A stretch of DNA of 63,962 nucleotides, counting the filler, from Asterionella formosa (lineage: Eukaryota): the NCBI GenBank assembly GCA_002256025.1. It is 27 parts of 27 records of this genome, joined end to end, with 100 filler letters (N's around TTAATTAATTAA, not from the genome) between each part and the next. Parts side by side here need not be neighbours in the genome. Positions count along the whole stretch, not along the records: positions 1 to 1,458 come from NKIB01002360.1; positions 1,559 to 3,013 come from NKIB01002361.1; positions 3,114 to 4,568 come from NKIB01002362.1; positions 4,669 to 6,120 come from NKIB01002363.1; positions 6,221 to 7,674 come from NKIB01002364.1; positions 7,775 to 9,227 come from NKIB01002365.1; positions 9,328 to 10,779 come from NKIB01002366.1; positions 10,880 to 12,331 come from NKIB01002367.1; 19 more parts are not named here. One strand, written 5' to 3'. The position numbers were made by a program, and so were the translations under genes. Shown here piece by piece: positions 1 through 12,431 of this stretch. Each line of letters starts with the position of its first letter. Position 1 is the first letter of the stretch. The notes beneath the pieces were generated by a model. It was given only the letters and a program-made list of their open reading frames with translations, made no database searches and was not told the origin of the DNA.

Positions 1-1458
1 CAACCCTGATCATTCCATTCTGAGCAAGCGTGATCGCCACGCTGCTCCAGAACTATTGACTCTCTCTAGCTGAGTATTCGTCATGTAGCTTCTGATACGA
101 ACTCGTAGTAGAAATGTAGCAAAGCGCGTTACTATAAGAAAAGCATTGCTTGGCGGCAATATTGACATCATTATCAACGACGACTATACAAATCAACAAA
201 TACGATCAACAACGGCACAATACCACATCTTCAATGAGTAGTCATTGATAAATGCATTGGTTCTCATGTAGATATGTACAATCGAAACAAAACGACAATG
301 CGTAACGACAAACAACGATGGAAGCGATCAAAACAAACCACGGAAGCAATCAAATCGGAAAGTCGATAAATACGATCTACAATCCACATTCAGTATTTCA
401 CTGTTGTACTCACCGATCCGCTTCAACTAGCATAACAAGCAGCAGACGATGGCATAAAAGAAAGACGAACGTTGCCTATTGCAAGCCCGAATAGAGCAAA
501 GGCAGGCAAGATAGAGTGAGAACTACATTTGTGAGGACGAAATCGGGCATACGGTACGTAAAATCAATGAATATGTGTTTTAAAGTGAGCTCATCTACGT
601 AGTTAGGACTCGGAGTCAAACGAGTCAAACGATTTGAATGAGTCAACTTTGATGTACCAAGCTCTCATCAACCACACATTATTCTTTGTTACTCCGACTA
701 TAATGAGCCGGACAATATAAGCTATTTCGGAAGACCGATAGTTTGAAATGAATGATCATGGTTAAATACCTATGATCAGTAAGTGTGAGATAGACATGGG
801 TCTATCTATGATTGTATGTTCCTAGAAATGCAAACAGCATTTGGAGAATAGTTCGTTTGTTTTGTTCAAACAGAACAACCTAAACTAGATTAGTAAACTC
901 ACAATAAGAATATAGAAACGGAAAGAGAAACGAACGTCTCTATCTATAGTCTTCTTTGTCTAACGATATAGATCTATACAAAAGGTAATACTTTAACATA
1001 TGTGAACGATATAATTCAACATTTCAGGTCTCGTAAAAATAATACTGAGTCTACAGAGATAATATTATAACGTGTTCAAAGTAAGCGTTAAAGCATGCAT
1101 GGTTGTTTTTAGTACCACGTACGTATGTAGACTACTAGATGACTGCCGGTACCGGTAGAATATCCGTTAAGCATCATTGCATACATGACCGGAGCAAAAA
1201 CTTGCCACCAACATCAGATGTATCGATATCATTGTGCATCCGACGAAATATGGACGATGCGACTACCGGTACATGAATACCTCGAGAAGACAAGCAATCC
1301 AACAATCAACCGCATCTGTCAGGCAAAGAATCGCTACTGGCGTCATCGCGGAACTGATTTCGCTTCAAACCGGTCATGATGGACGACGATTGGCATGGTG
1401 AAAGGTGAATTGCCGGAGTCCACTTTTCAGGAGACGAACAAAAACGAGGTGAATTCTA

Positions 1459-1558
1459 NNNNNNNNNNNNNNNNNNNNNNNNNNNNNNNNNNNNNNNNNN
1501 NNTTAATTAATTAANNNNNNNNNNNNNNNNNNNNNNNNNNNNNNNNNNNNNNNNNNNN
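1459..1558. other. Artificial contig linker (N44-TTAATTAATTAA-N44), first of 26
   Basis: Identical 100-nt spacer with stops in all six frames. It also occurs at 3014, 4569, 6121, 7675, 9228, 10780, 12332, 13885, 37868, 39420, 40717, 42268, 43819, 45370, 46919, 48469, 50019, 51569, 53119, 54669, 56218, 57767, 59316, 60865 and 62414 (start positions). Confidence 0.99.
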
Positions 1559-1716
1559 TACATTTAGAAACTTTACAATCTTCTAGATATTAACCATACT
1601 GAAAACTAATGAACCATTTCAAAGCCACTGCTACCAAACAGGCATTGTTGGTTTTATGTGTACCAAGGTTCCTAAAGACATGCTGAAACATCCTTGTCCT
1701 CCATCAGCCATACGAC

Positions 1717-3013
1717 CTATTCAATATCAAACCCAGTGGAAGCCATAGGGACTGCCAACTTCAACTTCTCCTTCAAATCCTGTCGTGTCTCATACATTGG
1801 TAAATCAATTCGATTGAAACTAGTGCTACAGCAGTAGAAAGGGGAGAGAGAGGTGAGCAAAAGGTACACTCATTCAGCAAGGCAAGTGCAACAACAATAC
1901 ATGAGAGACTTACTGAGCTCGAGGATAAAGACAGACATCAACTCCTACTCCATGAATGGTAAATTTCCGAATATTCCCATCATTTCCTTGCAAACCTCCG
2001 AATCCTCGACTTGGAACACCACTGGTCCCTGTCACAAATTGCAACAATCGCGCCTTGGTTTCCCGATCAAATTCAGCAACAACCTCCCAAAACCAAATAC
2101 AAACTTGATGATCACCACCAACATGATCACATTCACCAGAATATTCTGTATGTTCTTTCCAATCTTCCAAGTCAATGTCAGGCAAACCACACATGAGTAG
2201 TTCCAATTCTTGAAAGTCGAAAATAGTCAAGAGTGGTTCTGGAATAACATCAAAGAATCCCAACAATAGTTCATTCAATTGTGGCTTGACTCGATCCAAC
2301 ATTCTGTATTTGAGACATGCTTCCAAATATTCTGGAAAGTTGTCATTGTCCACTTCAATTTTTGCACCATTTGGAATGAGTTCAATCTCTTCCTTGACTC
2401 CCATGATATCTTGAGTAGTGGTAAAGTCCAAGCACAGCATACTCAAATCTTCCCCACTCGTGGCCAAGGTCTGCAATTGCTTCAAATTGTTGTAATATTC
2501 GTCATCGACCATTGCCAAATCACCAAAAGTGACAGGCCAGCCCAAGATATGTTTGTAAATGTATCCAACCATGTGACCAGAAACAAGTTGTTGGTCAAAG
2601 AGTGCCTTGCCCATGACCCGACCCAAGAATCGATAATAAATCAAGTGATCTTCACAGCAATATTCTGTGCATGTATGCATAATAGTAAAAATGAAAAGAA
2701 TGAAAACATGTATGAGTGGAAAGTAAAATAAATATAATATATATATATATATATCTACAAATATCACATGATGTAAAAGACAAAGACACACCAAACAACA
2801 TTTCAAGCACATACCAGATGCTGGATTGACTTCCATACACATTTGATTGGCTGAACTACTTTGCCACAATCCCAAATTTGGATCAAATATTTCTTCAGTG
2901 ACAAGCTGAAACCATTCTCTCGCCAATCCACCAGCATCAACTCCCATTTCACTAACAAATTCGAATCTCCACAATTTATGTAAATCCTTACGTGACAATG
3001 ACATGATTGCATC
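1717..3013 (-). CDS. NEDD4-like HECT E3 ubiquitin ligase, 3' part (copy 1), catalytic Cys replaced by Ser
   Basis: HECT motifs GVDAGGLAREWF, YYRFLGRVMGKALF, ELELLMCG and ARLLQFVTGTS. GT-AG introns at 2665-2814 and 1826-1913. The spliced C-terminus reads YPRAHTSFNRIDLP...TGFDIE*, with TAG at 1717-1719. The 5' end is cut by the contig end. Confidence 0.93.
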
Positions 3014-3113
3014 NNNNNNNNNNNNNNNNNNNNNNNNNNNNNNNNNNNNNNNNNNNNTTAATTAATTAANNNNNNNNNNNNNNNNNNNNNNNNNNNNNNN
3101 NNNNNNNNNNNNN

Positions 3114-4117
3114 TTTTTTTTCAGAACACACCATTTTGTCTGAAGAAGACCAAATGCCATTTCTATTCTTATCCTTAGCTGTGAAAGGAAAAAGTTAAAT
3201 GTATCCTGTGTTGGATCATCACGTTGTGAGCCAACAAAGGGAACAAGCATTACATCAGACAATGTGTAAGCTGCATCGCCGACCAGATAAAAACCTGTGT
3301 TGAATGCTGCAACTTGATCGAAAATGGAAGTTTTTTCAAAAGCTACTTGGTCACTGCATTTTCCCGGTGCAATTACACCAAAATAAATAAATCTTGAGTC
3401 AGCATCACAAACAGCCTGGACATTGATTCCATAAGTCATGTAGTGACCGGAAAAAAATGAACCAGGGTTGTTGCCACTTTCAACTATAGTCGGGCGGTTG
3501 ATGGTGGCAAGGAAGCCGTCAATAGCACCAACACATCCTCTCATCACGCCCTCTGAGCTTTTGCATTCAAAGCTGGAAGCCAATTTGATAAATTCTTCTT
3601 TTTCTTTTGGAAAAATAATTTCGAGTTCTTCACAGTTTAGTACAGCATCAATGAACAAATCACGACATCGATAAAGTGAAGCAATGCTACAACCGTAGGC
3701 ATGACGAATGTCGATGTAACTGCCACCAGCCAGCCATCGCAAACCAATGGCTACCACAATTTCGGGAATTATGGGCTCAGAAGTGCCACATTTGGAATAA
3801 TTCCCTGCAATCTGAATTTCCAGCATGGAGGTGAGTTTTTTGAATGCTCTGTGTGACATTCTGTATGTCTTCTCGAAAGCAATCTCGTGATTGAGTTTCT
3901 CGACATGTGATTGCCAGGAGATTCTTTCGTGGTGCCACTTGTGCCTTCGTTGTCGTCGTCGTTCAGATGACTGAAGCTGCCGTTTACAGCGTCGCCTTTG
4001 TCGTTTGGATGAGTGTTCTTTTTCCTCTGCTTCCTTAGTTAAATGACAGAGGAAGAAGAAATCAAGATCACTACTGTCATCGTCATTATCATCAAGTAAA
4101 TCAAATGGCGACGACAT
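3114..4117 (-). CDS. PIF/Harbinger DDE transposase (DDE_Tnp_4, HARBI1-like), 3'-truncated
   Basis: Motifs GCVGAIDG, NVQAVCDA, YLVGDAAY and FNFFLSQLRIRIEMAFGLL, plus an N-terminal HTH-like region (LRWLAGGSY.DI). Confidence 0.92.
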
Positions 4118-4411
4118 GATTCATGCAAATGTGTGTTTTTAATATTATATTTAGTTTCCCGGTAATTATATTTTGTTGTTGCTTGATATCAAGACCATCA
4201 TTATATTCTGGAGGGATATACACATGATCTTCGCCAGCCTGTTGCCGTTGAAGATTCATTTTACTCCATGATACAATGTGATCACAAATTAGTGATACAG
4301 TGACACTTTTGGAATGAATGAAATTCAGTTCAAATCGAGTTACCGTTGCTGATACATTTTCAAAAAAATTCAAATTCCGTGATACACGAAAAAAAATGAT
4401 AAGAACGACCC
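3114..4411 (-). mobile_element. PIF/Harbinger transposon, 5' end with TIR
   Basis: Terminus GGGTCGTTCTTATCAT (4411-4396, minus strand) flanked by TTA at 4412-4414, matching the TWA target site of Harbingers. The same terminus recurs at about 57977-57992. Confidence 0.75.
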
Positions 4412-4668
4412 TTAAATCAACAATTTAATCTGGGATAAAAAGGTTCAACAAAATTACCGCAATTTGCAGGGAACTATCGCTCACAACTCACACCATTCAG
4501 TACAGGACCTGGTACGAAAACAATTTTGGTATCTGTTTTACATATTATGTTGATTATTTAAGCAAAATNNNNNNNNNNNNNNNNNNNNNNNNNNNNNNNN
4601 NNNNNNNNNNNNTTAATTAATTAANNNNNNNNNNNNNNNNNNNNNNNNNNNNNNNNNNNNNNNNNNNN

Positions 4669-5830
4669 CCCTGCCTGTTGTCAACAACAATGCGTGAGCT
4701 GACAAGCCATACTAGCATTTAGGTACACAACAAGAACACACTCACCATTCAACTGTATTGCAGAGTTCTTTCATTTGAGTCGAGGATTCAATTAAAATTG
4801 CAGCAACCTATGCAGCTACAGAAACAATGAGAAGGAATGATTTGTTAGCAAGTAGTCATGTTACATTGAAACAACGACACGCAATTCCATCGTATCCACT
4901 TGCTTCACTTACCACAAATCAATGCAACTGATGCATAAGTCTGTAATAGTAACTTGTCAGTAAGCCAAATTCTTGAATAAGTAAGTTTCGGGTATCCAAT
5001 GTTGTTGAATAAAACTTACCGGTACATTTTTGTCATCTTAACTTTGAGAGAAGGTAAACGTTTTGTCAGCTTTGTTCCAACAGAAGTGAATAGGTCCAAC
5101 GAGCGACAAGAGCACTTACGCAATTTGGTTTTGTTTTACATTGGTGCTCCCCAACAAGCGAAACGAGCTGTTTAATCAACTGAGAAAAAAGGAAATGTGG
5201 CTGCGTTTAGTTAACAATTTGTTGTTGTCCTGCCTCCCAACGATTGTCATCCAAGTAGCTACCACATTGATGGCTTCATTACCTTAAACATTCTCCATCC
5301 TTCGAAGGCGCAATGTGTCGAAGTCACAATGTTTTTCGTTATGTATTGCAAAAATTTTCTTTTCTTGTCATGTGCTTTACTACGACGTATCTTTTCATGA
5401 AGCAGCAGGCATTGTTTGTTAACATGACAGAACGATTTGAAAAATATATTGGCCATGAATATAGTAATAAAATTTGTAAATATATATATGTATATAGCGT
5501 TATACATTTTATAAAATTCAAAGGCGCTCTCGATATGGAACATCTGATATGGTTGAGATGGCCATACTTGCATATACATAATTCGAAAATACTCAATGCA
5601 CTATATATCCATTGTTTTCCACGACTACGTGTACCGGTATTATCTCTGAAATTTGTTTGCATCGATATTTTCTACGTCCGTTGAAACTAATTATTTAGAC
5701 CGTTCAAGTGCCCCTTTTTTGGGCGGGAGCTCTTCATGTGTACCGGTACATCATATGACAATAACAATGTATCATAAATATATTGTTTTGGTAGCAAATT
5801 GTTTAAGCCCCTTTTATTTAAGTACTATAG
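4669..5830. repeat. Dispersed repeat family A (unclassified, probably a non-autonomous TE)
   Basis: About 4882-5700 is near-identical to 12432-13250. About 5070-5628 matches 52552-53118. 4669-4805 matches about 51837-51973 in reverse complement. Confidence 0.9.
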
Positions 5831-5997
5831 GAGACAATCAATGCTCGTGATGTGTTGATTCACGGCATACCTACCCGGTAGTTATCATAATATTGCTTTT
5901 ATGAATTTAACTGGCGCGATAATTAGCCAGGCTGACGAGTTACTACCGGTACCAGGTAGTACGTCTACATCTTTTATCATCACCTTTAAGTAGCACC

Positions 5998-6120
5998 TAC
6001 GGTTATGGTGGTACTATGTTTTTCCCTATTATTTTCTGTTGCAGCTCTGTAGAGGCTGCCATGTACGGTTATGGTGGTACTATGTTTTTCCCTATTATTT
6101 TCTGTCGCAGCTCTGTAGAG
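5998..6120 (+). repeat. Tandem repeat, 66-bp unit, at least 2 copies
   Basis: tacggttatggtggtactatgtttttccctattattttctgt(t/c)gcagctctgtagag occurs twice and runs into the contig end. Confidence 0.9.
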
Positions 6121-6378
6121 NNNNNNNNNNNNNNNNNNNNNNNNNNNNNNNNNNNNNNNNNNNNTTAATTAATTAANNNNNNNNNNNNNNNNNNNNNNNN
6201 NNNNNNNNNNNNNNNNNNNNTACATTTAGAAACTTTACAATCTTCTAGATATTAACCATACTGAAAACTAATGAACCATTTCAAAACCACTGCTACCAAA
6301 CAGGCATTGTTGGTTTTATGTGTACCAAGGTTCCTAAAGACATGCTGAAACATCCTTGTCCTCCATCAGCCATACGAC

Positions 6379-7674
6379 CTATTCAATATCAAACCCAGTG
6401 GAAGCCATAGGGACTGCCAACTTCAACTTCTCCTTCAAATCCTGTCGTGTCTCATACATTGGTAAATCAATTCGATTGAAACTAGTGCTGCAGCAGTAGA
6501 AAGGGGAGAGAGAGGTGAGCAAAAGGTACACTCATTCAGCAAGGCGAGTGCAACAACAATACATGAGAGACTTACTGAGCTCGAGGATAAAGACAAACAT
6601 CAACTCCTACTCCATGAATGGTAAATTTCCGAATATTCCCATCATTTCCTTGCAAACCTCCGAATCCTCGACTTGGAACACCACTGGTCCCTGTCACAAA
6701 TTGCAACAATCGCGCCTTGGTTTCCCGATCAAATTCACCAACAACCTCCCAAAACCAAATACAAACTTGATGATCACCACCAACATGATCACATTCACCA
6801 GAATATTCTGTATGTCTTTCCAATCTTCCAAGTCAATGTCAGGCAAACCACACATGAGTAGTTCCAATTCTTGAAAGTCGAAAATAGTCAAGAGTGGTTC
6901 TGGAATAACATCAAAGAATCCCAACAATAGTTCATTCAATTGTGGCTTGACTCGATCCAACATTCTGTATTTGAGACATGCTTCCAAATATTCTGGAAAG
7001 TTGTCATTGTCCACTTCAATTTTTGCACCATTTGGAATGAGTTCAATCTCTTCCTTGACTCCCATGATATCTTGAGTAGTGGTAAAGTCCAAGCACAGCA
7101 TACTCAAATCTTCCCCACTCGTGGCCAAGGTCTGCAATTGCTTCAAATTGTTGTAATATTCGTCATCGACCATTGCCAAATCACCAAAAGTGACAGGCCA
7201 GCCCAAGATATGTTTGTAAATATATCCAACCATGTGACCAGCAACAAGTTGTCGGTCAAAGAGTGCCTTGCCCATGACCCGACCCAAGAATCGATAATAA
7301 ATCAAGTGATCTTCACAGCAATATTCTGTGCATGTATGCATAATAGTAAAAATGAAAAGAATGAAAACAAGTATGAGTGGAAAGTAAAATAAATATAATA
7401 TATATATATATATATCTACAAATATCACATGATGTAAAAGACAAAGACACAGCAAACAACATTTCAAGCACATACCAGATGCTGGATTGACTTCCATACA
7501 CATTTGATTGGCTGAACTACTTTGCCACAATCCCAAATTTGGATCAAATATTTTTTCAGTGACAAGCTGAAACCATTCTCTCGCCAATCCACCAGCATCA
7601 ACTCCCATTTCACTAACAAATTCGAATCTCCACAATTTATGTAAATCCTTACGTGACAATGACATGATTGCATC
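6379..7674 (-). pseudogene. HECT E3 ligase copy 2 (allele or recent duplicate), frameshifted
   Basis: About 99% identical to 1559-3013, with the same contig boundaries. A 1-nt deletion near 6815 (gtatgtctttcc versus gtatgttctttcc) shifts the frame after DLEDWK. The same Ser codon lies at 6481-6483. Confidence 0.85.
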
Positions 7675-7774
7675 NNNNNNNNNNNNNNNNNNNNNNNNNN
7701 NNNNNNNNNNNNNNNNNNTTAATTAATTAANNNNNNNNNNNNNNNNNNNNNNNNNNNNNNNNNNNNNNNNNNNN

Positions 7775-8066
7775 CAACTTCAATAATTTCGTCAAGGTTT
7801 CCCAAGATAACGGAGAATGAGCTATCATCAGTAACATCTTCCCCAGAACCGGAACTCTCATCAGAAGAAGCTCGATCAGAACTCCCAGTAGTACTCCCGT
7901 CGTCCGAGCTATTGTGACTTTCAGTATGAGTGCTGACAGATGCACTGGATCCATCCCCAGTTCCACTGCTTGAAGATCCGCTATGGCCTATGCTTCCATC
8001 CACCGAAATACTATTGCATTCATCCGCATCGTTCTTCATTCGATCCAATCGTCGTGATGAATTCAT
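7775..8066 (-). CDS. Possible Ser/Asp-rich low-complexity N-terminal fragment
   Basis: ORF open to the contig end with S/D/G-rich composition and no recognisable domain. Confidence 0.3.
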
Positions 8067-11000
8067 CAGAGCTTGGTGATTCTATAATGTGTGAGCAAAG
8101 TATTGATAACTTGAGTTGGCGACAACAGAAAGTGATCAACCAATATAACAATGATAGCAAGAACTGATATGAAAAATAATTTAGTTCGTATATCTACGAA
8201 CTTTTGCAAAACAATGTCAAATGGTAAGGCGGGTGAAACGGAAAGGCATTAAATAAACTCAACGATCCAACTATTTTCGTTGGCGATTTGATATGTGAAA
8301 TTTTGGCATCTGGTGCTCCACATACGAGACATGTGAATAAAATCCAATATTATTCCACATATCGTCTGGCATGGCAGGGTAGGCGTTGCGCGATGTTTGG
8401 ACGCAACGGAGTTCTTGACGAAGTATATACTGCCGACAGGTGTGGTCAAAAATTTCTTCAACTAAAACTATGGTACTAGAATTTATATAATGTATACTTA
8501 GGATTTCCGATGCGTTGGCAAAATGTCGGTACTATTGTAGCAAGCAGGCACTGTACGTTATACACATTCTGATATATTCAAAAATACGGCCTTTCGTCAC
8601 GACAATTGGCCGACTTGTTTTCACATCACCATATGGAACGAATCTTGACGTATGTGGGAGATCCAATTTCATAAAATATCATTACCGGTAAGGACGATTT
8701 CGCAAGCTATGATATATGAAAAAAATTTAGTCTATGGATATACCGTATATGATATTGTTGATGGAACCATGGTTTTCCTTTGAAATCCTGCATATGCTAT
8801 AAAAGTACAGTATGGTACCCCCTAGCACCTGGTACTCCAGTACCTGGTAGTATTCTAACTACGCACTTCCATCATACCCTCCCGCTGTGACCCACATACA
8901 AACATTTATAATACTACTCAGTACATACGTATGATGGTGTACTGGAATTATAGAGGATCTTCAGTTTTGTTTTACCGTAATGACTAATAAGGATGAATAC
9001 GGTAATGAGCAGATCATTGATTGACACCCGATGACAACGGCAGTATATAAGTCTATCGGTAGATTAGTCTACTCTCTCCACCGATACATGTATTAATGAG
9101 ACTATACGCATCAAAGACATCAACCATCATGATGATGCAATCTTTACGACTTCACTCTTTCGATTGTTTAGGAATAATCAGCAAACGGACGTTTTTTGCG
9201 TCGTCGACGGATCACACACAATTATTGNNNNNNNNNNNNNNNNNNNNNNNNNNNNNNNNNNNNNNNNNNNNTTAATTAATTAANNNNNNNNNNNNNNNNN
9301 NNNNNNNNNNNNNNNNNNNNNNNNNNNGCCAAAACCATAAGCAAGGATCACAATCCAACCGTTGATACTACCACCATCAGGTACTACGTACCGTGCTACA
9401 TTCGTTGGTAGTCTCTACCGTGATGATTCGGCTGTGAGGAATCACATCCTTTTTAGTTCTGGTGCTTGACGATGATTGGCGCTTAAATATTATTCCCCAT
9501 TTTGGCAGCTTGTGAGTGTTACCTCGTGTTTTATGTACATGATACGAACATGAATATATTGAAACATCTATCCTATGTTCATATCTGAGTACATGCGATG
9601 TGTGGTAAACGGAGTATCGCTCCCTTACGACCGCCGTGAAAATTAATGTAAGTACATGTGTTGGAGTAGGTACTATTTACGAAATGTACCATCATCATGC
9701 ATGAACGGAGTAGAAGCTATTTTTAAATATACATACTATTGAGCCAAGAATAAATCATATAGCGGTATGGCTGTTTACGACGATTTTTATTTACATGTGT
9801 GCTCGGAGTATGATATGCCATATTTGGACCATCATCACATTTAGGCTACGTAAACGAATATAGAGATGAATACTGGTACTTTAAACCAGTAAGTAGGCAG
9901 GTGCGCCAAAGACTGGACTTGAGTCACTCCACACACAGACAGAGACAAACACACACACAACCCTAAATGCACAACAACATGAATTCCTTGTGTAAAGGAA
10001 GTTGCAGCTCCACCCCATAGATACAAATTAAGAGGTCTGTTCATTTCCAAAACATATTTATGATGTACCTCAATCAACATATTACATACAACTAAATAAA
10101 AGAGTAAAGAGCATAATTAGCTTTCACCAACAATACTACAACCAGTCATTGGTTGAGCAACTTAGGGGTAGTAGGTTCTATATTCAGATTTTGTAAGAAC
10201 CGCATTTCTGGAGAGAAAGTGCAGATATGTATTGTAAATTCATAGATACGAGGGAACTCAAGGAAATCAGAGGTAAGGATGCAATGGCCATAATGGTCAC
10301 TGCTCCCGGGACTGTAGATAATGTTGATACAACTGAGCTGTAGTATGCCCTTGAAAATTACTTCTAGATCATTTTCGATGGTGATCCAGACACCTTTTAC
10401 TATGATGAAGGCGATTATTTACTTGAGGAGGCAGCAGAAGGTAAAGTGATGCCTTCAGAGCTTCTCAAACTTGGAAAGTGTGCGTACTACTGGCGCAGTT
10501 CTTGACACTGATGACATTGCCATCCCAGCTAGATTTGTTGATATTGATGTTGACAATGCCCCAGCATCTGAACAAGGTTTTTTCACAATGAAGTTGCAAA
10601 CAATTTGTTTCACAATGAGTGGGATATGTCAGGAATTTGCAACAGGAGCCAGTTGAATGAATCAAAGGCAGAGCATCCAATATATTCATCATTTCCAATT
10701 CATTTGAAGTCGACTGCCTTCCAGTTATTTTATTTAATCTATCCTTCGGAGCTCTGGAATGATTCAATTATGTTTATCANNNNNNNNNNNNNNNNNNNNN
10801 NNNNNNNNNNNNNNNNNNNNNNNTTAATTAATTAANNNNNNNNNNNNNNNNNNNNNNNNNNNNNNNNNNNNNNNNNNNNATCGGTACGGGTTCGAACGAG
10901 GTCGCTTTCCTAGGTATCCTTTCGTCTTGGGCGGTTCAGAGGACGAGACCATTTGCAATGTCGATTGCCCCATATTAAAACAATGCGGCTGCATGACTAG

Positions 11001-11124
11001 GGCGTTTGCTGTCACAAGCAATAGATGCATCCGAAGTAGTACTGTCAACATTCTGACCCGCTGCCTGTTTTGCTTCTGCGCCAAAGGAGACAGAGCTGCC
11101 CTTGATGGCCTTGATGGCCCTTGA

Positions 11125-11410
11125 TGTACCGGTAGTCAGCTGTTAAATGATGTCAACACCAGGTACCAGGTACCAGGGTTACTGTAGTTCGGGCATTGAC
11201 GATGGATCAAATTACCGGTGTACCGGAATGGAACATAGTCTTATTTTAGATCTGGTACCTGGTACCAGGTACAGGTACATGGGTACTACTACCAGGTACC
11301 ATCAAGTACCAGGTACATTATTTTATCATCTGCCGGTATATACCACTGGCAGTCGTCACCTTGTAGCTCATTATACTCCCTCAGTACCCCTGGTACCAGG
11401 TACCCTGGCA
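11125..11410. repeat. GGTACC/TACCAGG/TACCGGTA-rich low-complexity tract
   Basis: Repeated gtaccag/ctggtac units, e.g. ggtacctggtaccaggtacaggtac. Confidence 0.8.
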
Positions 11411-12431
11411 CTTGCTTCATATTTTGGCTATTTTTGTACAGTATATGCAATCAGCACCCCATGACTGTCATTTTCACATCCAAGATTGATTCACCATTTG
11501 GTTGCAGCCCTTTGAAATCCTATACATATACCATATAATACATTTATATTTGAAACCCTATACATTTGCAAAGTAATTATTTAAGTACACATCATAGAGC
11601 CTTGACTATGGTGGAGTTCTTCAGGTTGCTCTATAGTACACTGTGGTTTGATTCTGCCTTTTCATTGATCTGCTTTGATTGTTTTGTCTCTAAAGTAACA
11701 ATGCAAAGCAATTACTTGTTTGTCATGATATTTTTATGCCATAACATGCAGTTCCATTCTATCTTCACTAACCACAAATCGATGTACTCTTTTCGCTTAT
11801 TCCTGTAATATAACGAGTCAGTCGATCCATTTTGTTTGTCATCACTGTAGTAACAAATGGGAAGTAGTTACTTGTTAGTCTTGTTTTGCTTAGATTACAA
11901 CATGCAGTTCCAGTCATTGTACTGTCACTTACCACCACAAATCCATGTTCTGTTCGCATATTCCTGTTAAGTATTGTTTGAGTCCAATATTGCAGAAAGT
12001 ATTCATCAATAAAGCGTGCACACGCTGTTGGGCTGTTTCGAACTTACAAATACTTTTTGTGTACCATTATCCTGATAGATAAAAGGCGCATGTGTCATTT
12101 ATGTTATAACAGGTGTTCCTGGTGTGAATTGAAACAATGACAGCACTTACAAATGGTCTTTTTTCCACATTGATGCTGTCCCACCAAATTCACATATTCA
12201 GCTTTTCAATCACTTGGAGGAGAAAGCACTCATTTAGTCAGTATTGTCAACCCAACAATCAAAGATCCTGATATATTCCCTTGACCTACCTTGGCTTATT
12301 TCGTTCACCTTTGGTATGTATTTTCAGTACCNNNNNNNNNNNNNNNNNNNNNNNNNNNNNNNNNNNNNNNNNNNNTTAATTAATTAANNNNNNNNNNNNN
12401 NNNNNNNNNNNNNNNNNNNNNNNNNNNNNNN

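Noticed and set aside
1..1458. Possible retroelement UTR/LTR or gene in the first contig
   Set aside because: No sustained ORF, PBS, PPT or second copy could be identified by eye.
5259..5684. Overlapping ORFs of about 100 aa in repeat family A
   Set aside because: Frames are not preserved among the three copies because of indels and (TA)n variation.
11147..11464. VPGT/RY-rich ORFs (also 55543-55938, 22610-22858, 44626-45012)
   Set aside because: These are translations of the GGTACC/TACCAGG nucleotide motif, not credible proteins.
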